From a virus (taxonomy: Duplodnaviria > Caudoviricetes), in the IMG/VR virus record IMGVR_UViG_3300031473_000131, positions 1 to 46,302 of that record: DNA of 46,302 nt; one strand, 5' to 3'. The number at the start of each line of letters is the position of its first letter. The first letter of the stretch is position 1. The notes under the pieces are model-generated. The model made no database searches. It had not been told where the DNA came from and saw nothing but the letters and a program-made list of their open reading frames with translations. Made by a program: the position numbers and the translations under genes. This document shows, one piece after another, positions 1 to 8,216 of this stretch.

Positions 1-99
1 GCCGTCCGTGACGATCGTGTGACCGCCCTGCACGGTGTCCTCGGTGGACGTTCCGCCGCTTCGACCAAACCCGCCGCCGTAAACTTGTGTCTGAATCAT
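1..99 (-). CDS. Hypothetical protein, 5' part only (runs out of window)
   Basis: ATG at 99 preceded by AGGAGG; open to window edge (MIQTQVYGGGFGRSGG...); divergent from XRE gene. Confidence 0.5.
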   Translation of the reverse strand, partial: MIQTQVYGGGFGRSGGTSTEDTVQGGHTIVTDG

Positions 100-271
100 C
101 TGGCCCTCCTGTGCTGTATTGCCGGACCGTCTGCCAACGGTGATCGGCGGCTGATGTAGGTGTCAGACGTGCGTTACTGACAAAACAAATATATCATGAA
201 TATAAAAAGTTGTAAAGGTGTATACTATGAAAGTGACATGAACATGGAAATTCACGAAGGGGGCATCGAGG

Positions 272-505
272 TTGGATACTATCGGAACTCGAGTGCGTAA
301 GGAGCGAGATCGACAACTTATGACTCAAGCAGAGTTGGCAAGTCGGTCACAACTCACAATGGCCACCATCAGCCGAATCGAGAATGATAAGGGAGCACGC
401 AGACCGACGAAGGCAACGTTGGTCGCTCTTTCTGAGGCTCTCGGGGTGAATGTGTTTTGGCTTGCAAATGGGGAAGGGCAATTTGAGGGAAAAATGGCGG
501 CGTGA
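272..505 (+). CDS. XRE-family HTH transcriptional regulator
   Basis: IGTRVRKER...MTQAELA...TISRIEND...TLVALSEALGV, typical HTH_3 pattern. Confidence 0.9.
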   Translation: MDTIGTRVRKERDRQLMTQAELASRSQLTMATISRIENDKGARRPTKATLVALSEALGVNVFWLANGEGQFEGKMAA

Positions 506-521
506 ATTAGCACGCCGCCAT
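494..521. terminator. Perfect 11-bp hairpin over the XRE stop codon
   Basis: ATGGCGGCGTG-AATTAG-CACGCCGCCAT; T-tract follows on the minus strand. Confidence 0.5.
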
Positions 522-578
522 CGCACGCCTGACACCGGTAGCAGCCGGTGAGGGCATGATCATTGTAGTGGAGGAGAG

Positions 579-803
579 TTGACGGTGTCAGAAAGCGTAG
601 AACTCAAATGCCCGAGTGCTCACTGGGGGTTTGCGGAAAATGCGTCGGGATCCCTCCGCGTTCGATGTAGTGGCAAGCGTTGCCGTCTATCGAATAACGG
701 TCGGGTCATCCACAAGTTTGATCTTGCCTCAGGGTCATTTTCGACATCCGTGGATACAGGACCAAACCACGACTCTCTAAAGGATCCGGCCGACGACCAG
801 TGA
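579..803 (+). CDS. Small Cys-containing protein (possible zinc ribbon)
   Basis: GGAGGAG SD; CPSAH...CSGKRC. Confidence 0.5.
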   Translation: MTVSESVELKCPSAHWGFAENASGSLRVRCSGKRCRLSNNGRVIHKFDLASGSFSTSVDTGPNHDSLKDPADDQ

Positions 804-828
804 GATTGTTCAAATGTTCGAATGTTCA
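802..828 (+). repeat. 27-bp direct repeat, copy 1 (three TGTTC units at 8-bp period)
   Basis: GAGATTGTTCAAATGTTCGAATGTTCA; 2 mismatches to 2155-2181. Confidence 0.85.
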
Positions 829-859
829 TCCATAGCAAACCTACTCGTTGAGAGGCCGA

Positions 860-2092
860 ATGACCGACAAGAAGCGACGACGTGGCCACGGTGAAGGATC
901 GATCTACCGACGCTCGGATGGGCGTTGGTGCTCTGTTGTCGATCTCGGCTACATCAATGGCAAGCGTGTTCGCAAGACGGTCTATGGGAAGACGCGTAAA
1001 GAGGTCGCCGACAAGTTGCCGGCGCTCCTGACAGCACAGAAGCAGGGTGTCGCACTTCCGACGTCGCAAACCAAGGTATCGGAGTTCCTGGCTCGATGGC
1101 TCGAAGAGGCCGTCAAGCCGTCCAATGCGCCCACGACGTAGGAGAGCTATCGCATGATGGTGGTGAACCACATCTCTCCGATGGTCGGGAATCATCGCCT
1201 TGACAAGCTCACGCGCTCGCACGTGCAGCAGATGTTGAACGCCAAAACGGCGGCCGGCCTTTCTCCCAGGACGGTGCAGTACATCCGAGCCGTATTACGG
1301 ACGGCTATCAACGACGCGATCAAATGGGAACTGTTGACCCGGAACGTGGCGGCATTGGCCGAACCTCCGAGACAGACTCGTGACGAAGTGACACCGCTCA
1401 CGGCGGAGCAGGTGAAGGCACTCTTTGACGCAGTGAAGGATGATCGCCTGGAAGCGCTCTATATCGTTGCGGGGACATTGGGACTCAGAAGAGGGGAGAG
1501 CGTCGGATTGCGGTGGATCGATATCGATTTCAACGAGGAAACTATTTCAATCCGAAAGCAGATCCAGCTCGTCGAGGGCAAGGCTCAGCTCGTCGACCTC
1601 AAGACAAAGCGGAGCCGACGGGTGTTACCGATGACATTTGACGTCAAGCGTGCGCTGGTAAGGCGTCTGGATCGCGAGAATGAAGATCGATTGCTGGCAG
1701 GCGTACGTTGGAGAGGCGATGAATGGGGGCTGACATTTCCCACCTCACTCGGAACGCCTATATATGGTTCGAATCTCTTACGGGAGATTCGCAAGCACTA
1801 TGCTATCGCGGGCATTTCAATTGACTTTGACTTTAAGGCTCTGCGACACACTGCAGCGACTATCCTGGGAATGCAAGGCGTGCATCCTCGTGTTGCGATG
1901 GCCATACTAGGGCACTCCCAAGTCGCCACCACAATGGAAATCTATTCCCACGCGGTCGATTCATCGACACGCCAAGCTGCGAACTCGGTCGAACTGGCCT
2001 ACCAGCCGAAGACAACCGCCAAGCGGCCAGTCCTCAAGCGTCCTCGGTCGATCGCACCCGTCATTCGCCAACCTCGGAAGAAGGGGGTATAG
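860..2092 (+). pseudogene. int: Tyrosine integrase (arm-binding, core-binding and catalytic domains) with one in-frame TAG at 1139-1141
   Basis: RRGHGEGSIY...GKTRKEV N-terminus; GLRRGE, LRHTAAT, LGHS, EIYSH motifs; ORFs 848..1141 and 1154..2092 share one frame. Confidence 0.9.
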
Positions 2093-2094
2093 CG

Positions 2095-2181
2095 GAATGT
2101 TCGAATGTTCGAATGTTCATTCAGGAATACATGGAAGTGAACTTCGACAGGCGAGAGATTGTACGAATGTTCGAATGTTCA
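2095..2181 (+). repeat. (GAATGTTC)3 at 2095-2118 and 27-bp direct repeat copy 2 at 2155-2181
   Basis: Read directly from sequence. Confidence 0.85.
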
Positions 2182-2234
2182 GCTGTAATGATCCTATCAG
2201 AGAGGAGGGTGAGAAATGACCCATCAAAACACTT

Positions 2235-2255
2235 TGGCTGTCATCGTGGCTGTCA
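2235..2255 (+). repeat. Tandem TGGCTGTCA repeats, probable integrase arm-type sites
   Basis: Copies at 2235-2243 and 2247-2255, about 70 bp from the tRNA 3' end. Confidence 0.6.
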
Positions 2256-2325
2256 GGGGTAACGAAATGCCCCAGGCTGAATACCTGAGGCTATCGAAAA
2301 TCCCCGTCGTTGCTTGGTTTTGTGA

Positions 2326-2401
2326 TGGTACCGTCGAAGGGACTCGAACCCCTAGCCTCTTGTTCCGAAGACAAGCGCTCTATCCGTTGAGCTACGACGG
2401 C
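2326..2401 (-). tRNA. tRNA-Arg(UCG), CCA encoded
   Basis: GCCGTCG TA GCTC AACGGATA GAGC G CTTGT CTTCGGA ACAAG AGGCT AGGGG TTCGAGT CCCTT CGACGGT ACCA; A20 Arg identity base. Confidence 0.95.
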
Positions 2402-2466
2402 GTACGTACGCGGGTTTTTGCCTCTTCCCCGATTAAGAATCCTTTACACAAGAACGGCGAGCCGCT

Positions 2467-2934
2467 TTACACCTTGCGGAGCGATTGTACCTCAGGAAGG
2501 GTTGGATATCCATGCCACCCGAATTGGACCGATGTCTTTCGTCTGTGGCAGTTTGCACAGCGTACATCGCATTTCTCGATTTCTGTGAGTATCCGACACC
2601 AGGGCAACCCATGGGAGTAAACCATAACCGATACGTTGCCTGTCTTAATTCCCCGTACGTGGTCAAATTCAAGCACAACCGGATCTGGTTCCCCACAATC
2701 GACGCAAGGATGCATCCAGAGGTACTCCGATAATTTCTCTTTTAAGAGCTTGAATTGCTTCACCTTGCCGACTCTCGCCTTCATAACGTAATAGTCCACG
2801 TTCGCAAGATAATGGTTCCTGACATAAATCGAGTGGCACGCCTTACACTCGGACTGGAGTCCGTCCTTGTTCTTAGCCTTCGCACTGAATAATATTTCTT
2901 CTTTGTTTTCCTTGCATTTGCAACATACTTTCAT
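2467..2934 (-). CDS. HNH endonuclease with N-terminal Zn-binding domain
   Basis: CCKC...CKAC; PCVDCGE...LEFDHVRG...CDVRCANCHRRKT. Confidence 0.9.
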   Translation of the reverse strand: MKVCCKCKENKEEILFSAKAKNKDGLQSECKACHSIYVRNHYLANVDYYVMKARVGKVKQFKLLKEKLSEYLWMHPCVDCGEPDPVVLEFDHVRGIKTGNVSVMVYSHGLPWCRILTEIEKCDVRCANCHRRKTSVQFGWHGYPTLPEVQSLRKV

Positions 2935-2945
2935 ATACCTCCACT

Positions 2946-3043
2946 AAAAAGCCGCCCTCTGTTGATCCCAGAAAGGCGGCTGTATTCAAATTCGTTGGGA
3001 TCAACAACATGGTCATTATGAACTTGTCATAACCCACTGTCAA
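2946..3043 (-). promoter_or_regulatory. Promoter plus leader L1 (terminator loop complementary to transcript 5' end)
   Basis: TTGACA-17-CATAAT; 2996-3006 complementary to 2960-2970 inside terminator 2946-2981. Confidence 0.75.
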
Positions 3044-3138
3044 TCCGGTCCACCAGACACTCTGAATGACTACCGGAAACTCCTATTGTGGTTCCAGACT
3101 GCAATGAGCTGTCACCGATTCATTCATGGAGTAGTGTC

Positions 3139-3255
3139 GTGGCCAAGGATTACAAGCATCCCAAACCTCCGCGTCCGTCCAAGACCACCCCAGCCGATAT
3201 CATGAGGACGGGCAAGTCACCTGGCGGGTCATTCGTTCGTAAGCCGAAGAAGTAG
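3139..3255 (+). CDS. 38-aa basic peptide (not in ORF track)
   Basis: GGAG SD, GTG start, MAKDYKHPKPPRPSKTTPADIMRTGKSPGGSFVRKPKK. Confidence 0.4.
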   Translation: MAKDYKHPKPPRPSKTTPADIMRTGKSPGGSFVRKPKK

Positions 3256-3268
3256 CTATCGCCCTCAG

Positions 3269-3637
3269 TCAGAAATGGCTGGGGGCTTTTGATTTAAGGA
3301 GTAAATATTCACCGGACAGTATCCGATCAACATCCTCTATGGAAGTTGCAATCCCACACAGGCCGCCATACCTATGTATCGCCTCTAGAAACTCTAGCTG
3401 GGCGGGAGTAGGTTTGTATCGACCACTGGGACGCTTCACCTCGATTGCCAGAAACCTACCTGTCGGATGGATGCCCAAAATATCCGCTGAACCTACCTTA
3501 CCGAACCTAACTGGAATACCACGCTTGTCAATCAATGCGCCGGAATTATTACGCCAGCAGTAGATACCTCGAAGCGTGAGGTAGTTCTGGATTGTAATTT
3601 GAATCGAATGCTCTGAGTCCTCAGATAGCTTGGGCAT
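3269..3637 (-). CDS. VRR-NUC domain nuclease
   Basis: EHSIQITI...WRNNSG...GSADILG...FLAIEVKRP...TPAQLEFL. Confidence 0.9.
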   Translation of the reverse strand: MPKLSEDSEHSIQITIQNYLTLRGIYCWRNNSGALIDKRGIPVRFGKVGSADILGIHPTGRFLAIEVKRPSGRYKPTPAQLEFLEAIHRYGGLCGIATSIEDVDRILSGEYLLLKSKAPSHF

Positions 3638-3655
3638 TACCCTCCTTAGGCTTCT

Positions 3656-3895
3656 TCATTCCATCTCCCCCCGGTTAATAAACCCTCGATGGAGTTTGAG
3701 CCAGGCGGCAATCAGGGTCGGTGATGTATGGGGATTGTAACCAGCTCGATCTAAGGTCTCATGCACCATCTTAGTCACAACACGTTTAGACAGTTGTCTG
3801 GTGCTTGAAATATATTCATATCCCTGATGCGGACTGGTAACGCCGGGACCGGCCCAGGTCGAGAATAAAAATGCGTCTTTAGTATGTTGAGTCAT
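3656..3895 (-). CDS. Hypothetical protein
   Basis: Tightly packed ORF in minus-strand operon. Confidence 0.5.
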   Translation of the reverse strand: MTQHTKDAFLFSTWAGPGVTSPHQGYEYISSTRQLSKRVVTKMVHETLDRAGYNPHTSPTLIAAWLKLHRGFINRGEME

Positions 3896-3910
3896 AGGAA
3901 TAAGTTCATC

Positions 3911-4441
3911 CTATCCTTTACATTCCCACGCTGTCCAGACCGTCCCGCCTAGACTCATGCCAGCGGCGTAGGCGATATTGCTTGCTCCGACCATCAACGC
4001 AGCTCTCGATGGTCGGTCAGCGAAATCCTTTATCTGAAACAGTCCAATCGGCTGAAAGCCATGTGAGTCCATCGGTCCTATAGCTCCAGGTCGTCCGCCT
4101 GACTCGCACATCATGATTTTGTGGGCACGTATCCAATTGGCTCCAAAATACTGCTGCAACAGGCCGTCCCAGTTTGACGGTTGAGGCGCGTTCGTAGAAG
4201 TGGCTGTAATGGCCTTGGCAGACGACATTGGTCTTGTCGATGGTGTTGAGTCAGGCTCGACCCGTTCAGCGGTTATGGAAGACTCAGAATTCGATGTGGT
4301 TGGAGATTGAGCGATGTATTGCACCGTTTTTGTTTGCATGGGTACAAGTCGGGTAACTGGTTCGACCAGGGAGTGTTGAGAAAGGAAAAAGAAAAGCCAC
4401 GCCCATAGGCGACTTGAGGTAAGAAGACTCATAAATGTCAC
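3911..4441 (-). CDS. Secreted lysozyme-like/lytic transglycosylase (SLT-like) protein
   Basis: Hydrophobic N-terminus, S/T/P-rich linker, IMMCESGG...IGLFQI...WTAWEC. Confidence 0.75.
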   Translation of the reverse strand: MTFMSLLTSSRLWAWLFFFLSQHSLVEPVTRLVPMQTKTVQYIAQSPTTSNSESSITAERVEPDSTPSTRPMSSAKAITATSTNAPQPSNWDGLLQQYFGANWIRAHKIMMCESGGRPGAIGPMDSHGFQPIGLFQIKDFADRPSRAALMVGASNIAYAAGMSLGGTVWTAWECKG

Positions 4442-4687
4442 CCTGCCGTTTGGCTCGCTATCGTGAGAGGGTAAAAAGGAACACGAGCTACAAACAGGTG
4501 ACGGGATTTAGTTTAACATAATCACGAATCTTTAAAAGGAAAGCTTGGTGCGGCGAGAGTGAGTGGTGTCGTGTCCTTTCTGGTAGGACCTTGATTGTTG
4601 CTATGGTTCTAGCGGAGACAGGCACAGAACGCCCAGTGTCTTCGTTGAAAAAGGCACATGAACTTTCAGAACGGGATTCCGGTTTTT

Positions 4688-4939
4688 TTAGTCCGGCGAT
4701 CTTGCACTTTTCCCTATCACCGCCGGATCGGAACTATTCATCGTCACGGTCGGTAGAGCCACTTGGTAAGGTGAGTAGCTGGCTCGTTTAGCACTAGCGG
4801 AGTATAGGCCCAGGAATGCTGTCCTGGTCATCAGCCCGTAGTTGGCGTGAGGGTTTTTTAGAGACGGACCTCTACCATTTAAGTCTTCGCCGTCTGTCAG
4901 GTCGATAATCGCCTGAGTAATACGCCCCCACCAGCGCAC
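4688..4939 (-). CDS. Hypothetical protein
   Basis: GAGGT SD before GTG; follows 4951 gene. Confidence 0.35.
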   Translation of the reverse strand: MRWWGRITQAIIDLTDGEDLNGRGPSLKNPHANYGLMTRTAFLGLYSASAKRASYSPYQVALPTVTMNSSDPAVIGKSARSPD

Positions 4940-4950
4940 ACCTCAGAAGG

Positions 4951-5172
4951 TTAGTTCTCGTCTGGGCGGTTGACTGCCTCACCTATGGCATTCAAAAGAT
5001 CGCCAATAGGAAAGTAGTATGTGTAGTCGTGATCCTTATCAACTATGAAGCTAAAACCAATACGAGCTGAGTCCTCGTCGTAGTAAAAAATGACGGTATC
5101 GGCGGCCCTTGATGCCTGTTCTTCATCAACGTTGTAGTTTGCTGTCACTTCTGCGTATGGAACTTTAATCAT
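4951..5172 (-). CDS. Hypothetical acidic protein
   Basis: GAGGTG SD; plausible composition. Confidence 0.6.
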   Translation of the reverse strand: MIKVPYAEVTANYNVDEEQASRAADTVIFYYDEDSARIGFSFIVDKDHDYTYYFPIGDLLNAIGEAVNRPDEN

Positions 5173-5413
5173 GTGTAATCACCTCACTTTCTATTTGAAT
5201 TAGTAATCGCCTGATAAGAAGCCGCGCTGCCTATAGCCACGGCCTCGTATCAAACGTCTACTGTACGAGCCATAAAAACGCCCTGCGTCTTAATGCGGTA
5301 AAGCATGAGATACAGAGCGGTCGGTTCGTCCTCCATTCAACAATAAGGGTTGGCTTATGGCAGTGTTGGCACGTCCAGTGTATTCGATTGTCATGTTGGG
5401 ATTCTTGCATACG

Positions 5414-5561
5414 AAAAAGAGCCTCCAGTCATAGTGGAAGCTCTTTACTCGGACTGTTATGGGGGTCACCCAGTGAATTGCAATCTAAGTCGAGTATAGC
5501 AGTTACTATGACTAACTGTAAAGTTACAACCATAGTACACACAACGTAGAACATAGTGCAA
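5414..5561 (-). promoter_or_regulatory. Promoter plus leader L2 (terminator loop complementary to 5' hairpin loop)
   Basis: TTGCAC-18-TACTAT with TG extension; 5505-5513 complementary to loop 5427-5435 of terminator 5414-5446. Confidence 0.7.
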
Positions 5562-5591
5562 TAGGCAGATTTGTCATTCGCAATCTACTCT

Positions 5592-5629
5592 CTTGACATA
5601 AACATATGTTAACTCTATAATGTAAACAT
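5592..5629 (+). promoter_or_regulatory. Consensus sigma70 early promoter with overlapping operator
   Basis: TTGACA(5593)-17-TATAAT(5616); TATGTTAA-N10-TAAACAT. Confidence 0.85.
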
Positions 5630-5653
5630 CACTACAGAGAGGGGGTAACTATA

Positions 5654-5806
5654 ATGACTGCCATTATGAAACGTTCAATCGAACGACGCAAGGCAACAAA
5701 TCGGGCACGGGCATATCGCAACCATACATTGGTGATGTACGCCGGAATAACTCTATTAGTCGTCGGAATCATCATCAACGTGTTAGGGAATATGTATTTT
5801 AGCTAA
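5654..5806 (+). CDS. 50-aa single-TM protein (not in ORF track)
   Basis: GAGGGGG SD; basic N-terminus then LVMYAGITLLVVGIIINVLG. Confidence 0.6.
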   Translation: MTAIMKRSIERRKATNRARAYRNHTLVMYAGITLLVVGIIINVLGNMYFS

Positions 5807-5834
5807 AAATAATCACTATTTGAGAGGAATTACT

Positions 5835-6467
5835 ATGTCATTTGACAACGAACCAACCAGCCAAGCACTGGCGACAGAAATTGATACGCATGTAGCAAAT
5901 CATCCGGAGATGAACCCAAGCACCCATATGAGCACGAACGGACTTGAGGGTATCCCCATGTCCCTGATCGGCATGCCCCGCGTCAAACTGGTGCAACCGG
6001 TATCCCAGAACGTGGAGCTGGCAACTGGCGTCGATGCGACACCGGGCAGCTTCTTCTTCTCGGACTCGATGACCAGCAAGCCGGAAATCAGGATTGCCAT
6101 TATCACCGCCAAGAAGTCGGAAGTCACCTTTGACAACGACGATGGCCCCAGTACGGTCGATCGGATCGGTATCCTGTTTCAGGATCTGGAATCAGGCAAG
6201 AAATATCTGACCGACTTGTCTGTCACCTCATTTTCCAACTTCGGCAAGCTGATGGGACTGATGGCCGCTGAGGAATGGGAAAACGCCTGGGATAAGGATA
6301 TCGTCCTGTCGAGCGAAAAGCGCGAGGGGAAGAAAGGCAAGTACTTCGTGGTCAAGTTCACGGTCGGTAACGCTTTGTCTGAAGACAAACAGACGGAGCT
6401 GGCCGAACTGTGGACCATGTTTGGTGGCTACTTCACGCGCGAAGGGGAGATCTTCGAGGAGGCTTGA
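5835..6467 (+). CDS. Putative phage ssDNA-binding/recombination protein
   Basis: MPRVKLVQPVS...PGSFFF...KGKYFVVKF, acidic C-terminus; family call tentative. Confidence 0.5.
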   Translation: MSFDNEPTSQALATEIDTHVANHPEMNPSTHMSTNGLEGIPMSLIGMPRVKLVQPVSQNVELATGVDATPGSFFFSDSMTSKPEIRIAIITAKKSEVTFDNDDGPSTVDRIGILFQDLESGKKYLTDLSVTSFSNFGKLMGLMAAEEWENAWDKDIVLSSEKREGKKGKYFVVKFTVGNALSEDKQTELAELWTMFGGYFTREGEIFEEA

Positions 6468-6727
6468 TGAAACGGGATATTCTGCCTACCGGACTCAACT
6501 TCAGGGATATTTGGGGGTCGTTCGAGCAATCCAACCTGCCTAGTGCCTGCGAGCACTGTGGCAGGGAGGCTTCCAGCAAGTCGCTGACTGTCAGTCGCAA
6601 GCACTGGAACATGGATTTGTGCAGCGAGTGCCGTCATCTCAAATTCCAGGGTCTGTTGGGTGACCCACGGGAAGACGTGCGAACCGAGCCCGTTGAACCG
6701 GTCGATGAACCACCATTGCCGTTTTGA
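6467..6727 (+). CDS. Small Zn-finger protein
   Basis: TGATG coupling; CEHC...CSEC; ends DEPPLPF. Confidence 0.6.
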   Translation: MKRDILPTGLNFRDIWGSFEQSNLPSACEHCGREASSKSLTVSRKHWNMDLCSECRHLKFQGLLGDPREDVRTEPVEPVDEPPLPF

Positions 6728-6736
6728 AAGGAGTAC

Positions 6737-6919
6737 ATGATCACTCAGAAAAACCACCACCGGCCATCCACGTCGTGCAACCAGGGCCATAGTTATGCCC
6801 GATATGGGCGCAATCAGGACGGCTCGTGCAAGATATGTAAGCGCAGATACATGAAGGACTATATGAGAATACGACGCCAACGCGTCAAGGAGGATCAACA
6901 TGCCCAACAAAAAACCTAA
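6737..6919 (+). CDS. Small Zn-binding basic protein
   Basis: AAGGAG SD; CNQGH...CKIC, like HNH C-terminal Zn modules. Confidence 0.6.
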   Translation: MITQKNHHRPSTSCNQGHSYARYGRNQDGSCKICKRRYMKDYMRIRRQRVKEDQHAQQKT

Positions 6920-7550
6920 AGGAGTAGTCAAAGATCACGCGTTCTATGTCGCAACTGGAAAATTGGGCGGGATCGCTAACCGTGACAAGCAACTAGCCCT
7001 CAATCCAGACCACTTCTCAGAGATAGGCACGGCTGGCGGGGCAGCTCACAAGGCCAAGTATGGGTTGGGGTTCTATAGTCGGATCGGCAAGATCAAGCCG
7101 GGTGCGGGCAAGAATCCACGGGGGTATCCCATCATGTTTAACCTCCGCAACCTCTGGCCGTGGCACCACGAGCCGCTCAGCGAGAAAGGACAGGAGCAAC
7201 AGGAACGGCTCACCAGCTTCTACAGCGCAAGACTCATGAGCAACTATGGGTTCATCAGCATGAAGGGGCATCGGGTGATCGATACCCGGTACACCTATCT
7301 GACCGGTCGTCACAGTATCGTCCAGCTCAAGCCAGAGGACTTTCTCAATGAGGTGTGGCTGGAGGCAGCCTTGAAGCGAGCCAGAAACACTATGAAGGCC
7401 AGAGCGTTCAAGTTTCGTCACATGCTATCGAGTCAGGAGCATCGGTCGAACCTGGAGGTGCCCTCAATGGAAGCCATGACTGAATTGGCCAGTATGTGCG
7501 AGGCGTTACAGACGCCACCAATGCCAAAAGGCACAAATAAAACACATTAG
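6900..7550 (+). CDS. Hypothetical protein with N-terminal KGG-like repeats
   Basis: FYVATGKLGG, HFSEIGTAGG, FYSRIGK. Confidence 0.6.
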   Translation: MPNKKPKGVVKDHAFYVATGKLGGIANRDKQLALNPDHFSEIGTAGGAAHKAKYGLGFYSRIGKIKPGAGKNPRGYPIMFNLRNLWPWHHEPLSEKGQEQQERLTSFYSARLMSNYGFISMKGHRVIDTRYTYLTGRHSIVQLKPEDFLNEVWLEAALKRARNTMKARAFKFRHMLSSQEHRSNLEVPSMEAMTELASMCEALQTPPMPKGTNKTH

Positions 7551-7557
7551 GAGAAGT

Positions 7558-7902
7558 ATGCATTCATTGATTCACATCGGGAATGAAGCGAACAAGTACA
7601 AAGATAGCGTCTCTGATGCGGCGGCCGCGATTGATACGGTCTTCGGAAGCGCACGGACGCACGTCATGGATCAGGCAACAGTCATAGAAGCACTGCGGAC
7701 TCTGTCGTCGGTAGCTGAAATAAAGAACATCACCATCACCAACAGTACCTTTGTCAACGATCAGCCGGATAGTCCGGAGGAGGATATGGCTGTGAAGGCC
7801 GAATCAACCACTCCGTTCGATAGCACTAGGGATGATGACGATGACGAAGAAGCAGGTCTTGATTACGAGGATGAAGTAGATGACGTAAAAAAATCCGTTT
7901 GA
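7558..7902 (+). CDS. Hypothetical protein with acidic tail
   Basis: AGGAG SD; DDDDDEEAG. Confidence 0.65.
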   Translation: MHSLIHIGNEANKYKDSVSDAAAAIDTVFGSARTHVMDQATVIEALRTLSSVAEIKNITITNSTFVNDQPDSPEEDMAVKAESTTPFDSTRDDDDDEEAGLDYEDEVDDVKKSV

Positions 7903-7923
7903 CGAACTGAACAGCAATGCAAG

Positions 7924-7957
7924 GAACAGCGCCCGGAGGTCAAACCTGGCGCTGTTC
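7924..7957. terminator. Hairpin between convergent early and late operons
   Basis: GAACAGCGCC...GGCGCTGTTC. Confidence 0.6.
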
Positions 7958-7977
7958 TGGTATGAAGGGGCAGTTTG

Positions 7978-8199
7978 TTACTGCGGCAAGGTTGGAGTTT
8001 TGGGGTCGGCATAGCCCTTGATAAAGACCAGAAGCCCATTGACCACCGCGATCACGATACCCGCGTAGACAAAGCCACCGGCCAAATCCGGGTTGGATTG
8101 CAACAGGGGCACAACGGCTGTCAGTCCAGCCGATACCACCACAAACAGGATGGCTCGAACGCCTTTGCCCACGGCACTTGTATTGAAGAAATCATTCAT
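7978..8199 (-). CDS. Putative holin (2 TM)
   Basis: Two hydrophobic helices, downstream of endolysin. Confidence 0.6.
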   Translation of the reverse strand: MNDFFNTSAVGKGVRAILFVVVSAGLTAVVPLLQSNPDLAGGFVYAGIVIAVVNGLLVFIKGYADPKTPTLPQ

Positions 8200-8216
8200 T
8201 CGTTATCACCTCGCTT

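Larger units (their letters stand above)
1..2325. mobile_element. End of a separate integrative element (satellite/IME-like) inserted at the 3' end of tRNA-Arg
   Basis: XRE regulator, tyrosine integrase ending about 230 bp from tRNA 3' end, TGGCTGTCA arm-type repeats beside the tRNA. Confidence 0.65.

Noticed and set aside
860-2092. Element-wide stop-codon recoding suggested by the integrase TAG
   Set aside because: Other genes end normally at TAG and TGA, no other conserved gene is interrupted, and no suppressor tRNA is seen
2095-2181. CRISPR array or LexA boxes
   Set aside because: 8-bp tandem units without spacers; does not match GAAC-N4-GTTC or GTTC-N7-GTTC
2216-2620. 134-aa ORF
   Set aside because: Spans the att region, tRNA and HNH gene in antisense
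7897-7957. Fifth tag-loop leader (GTTTGAC versus GTCAAAC in hairpin loop)
   Set aside because: Only 7 nt, no promoter or U-tract, and it lies at a gene end; may be chance
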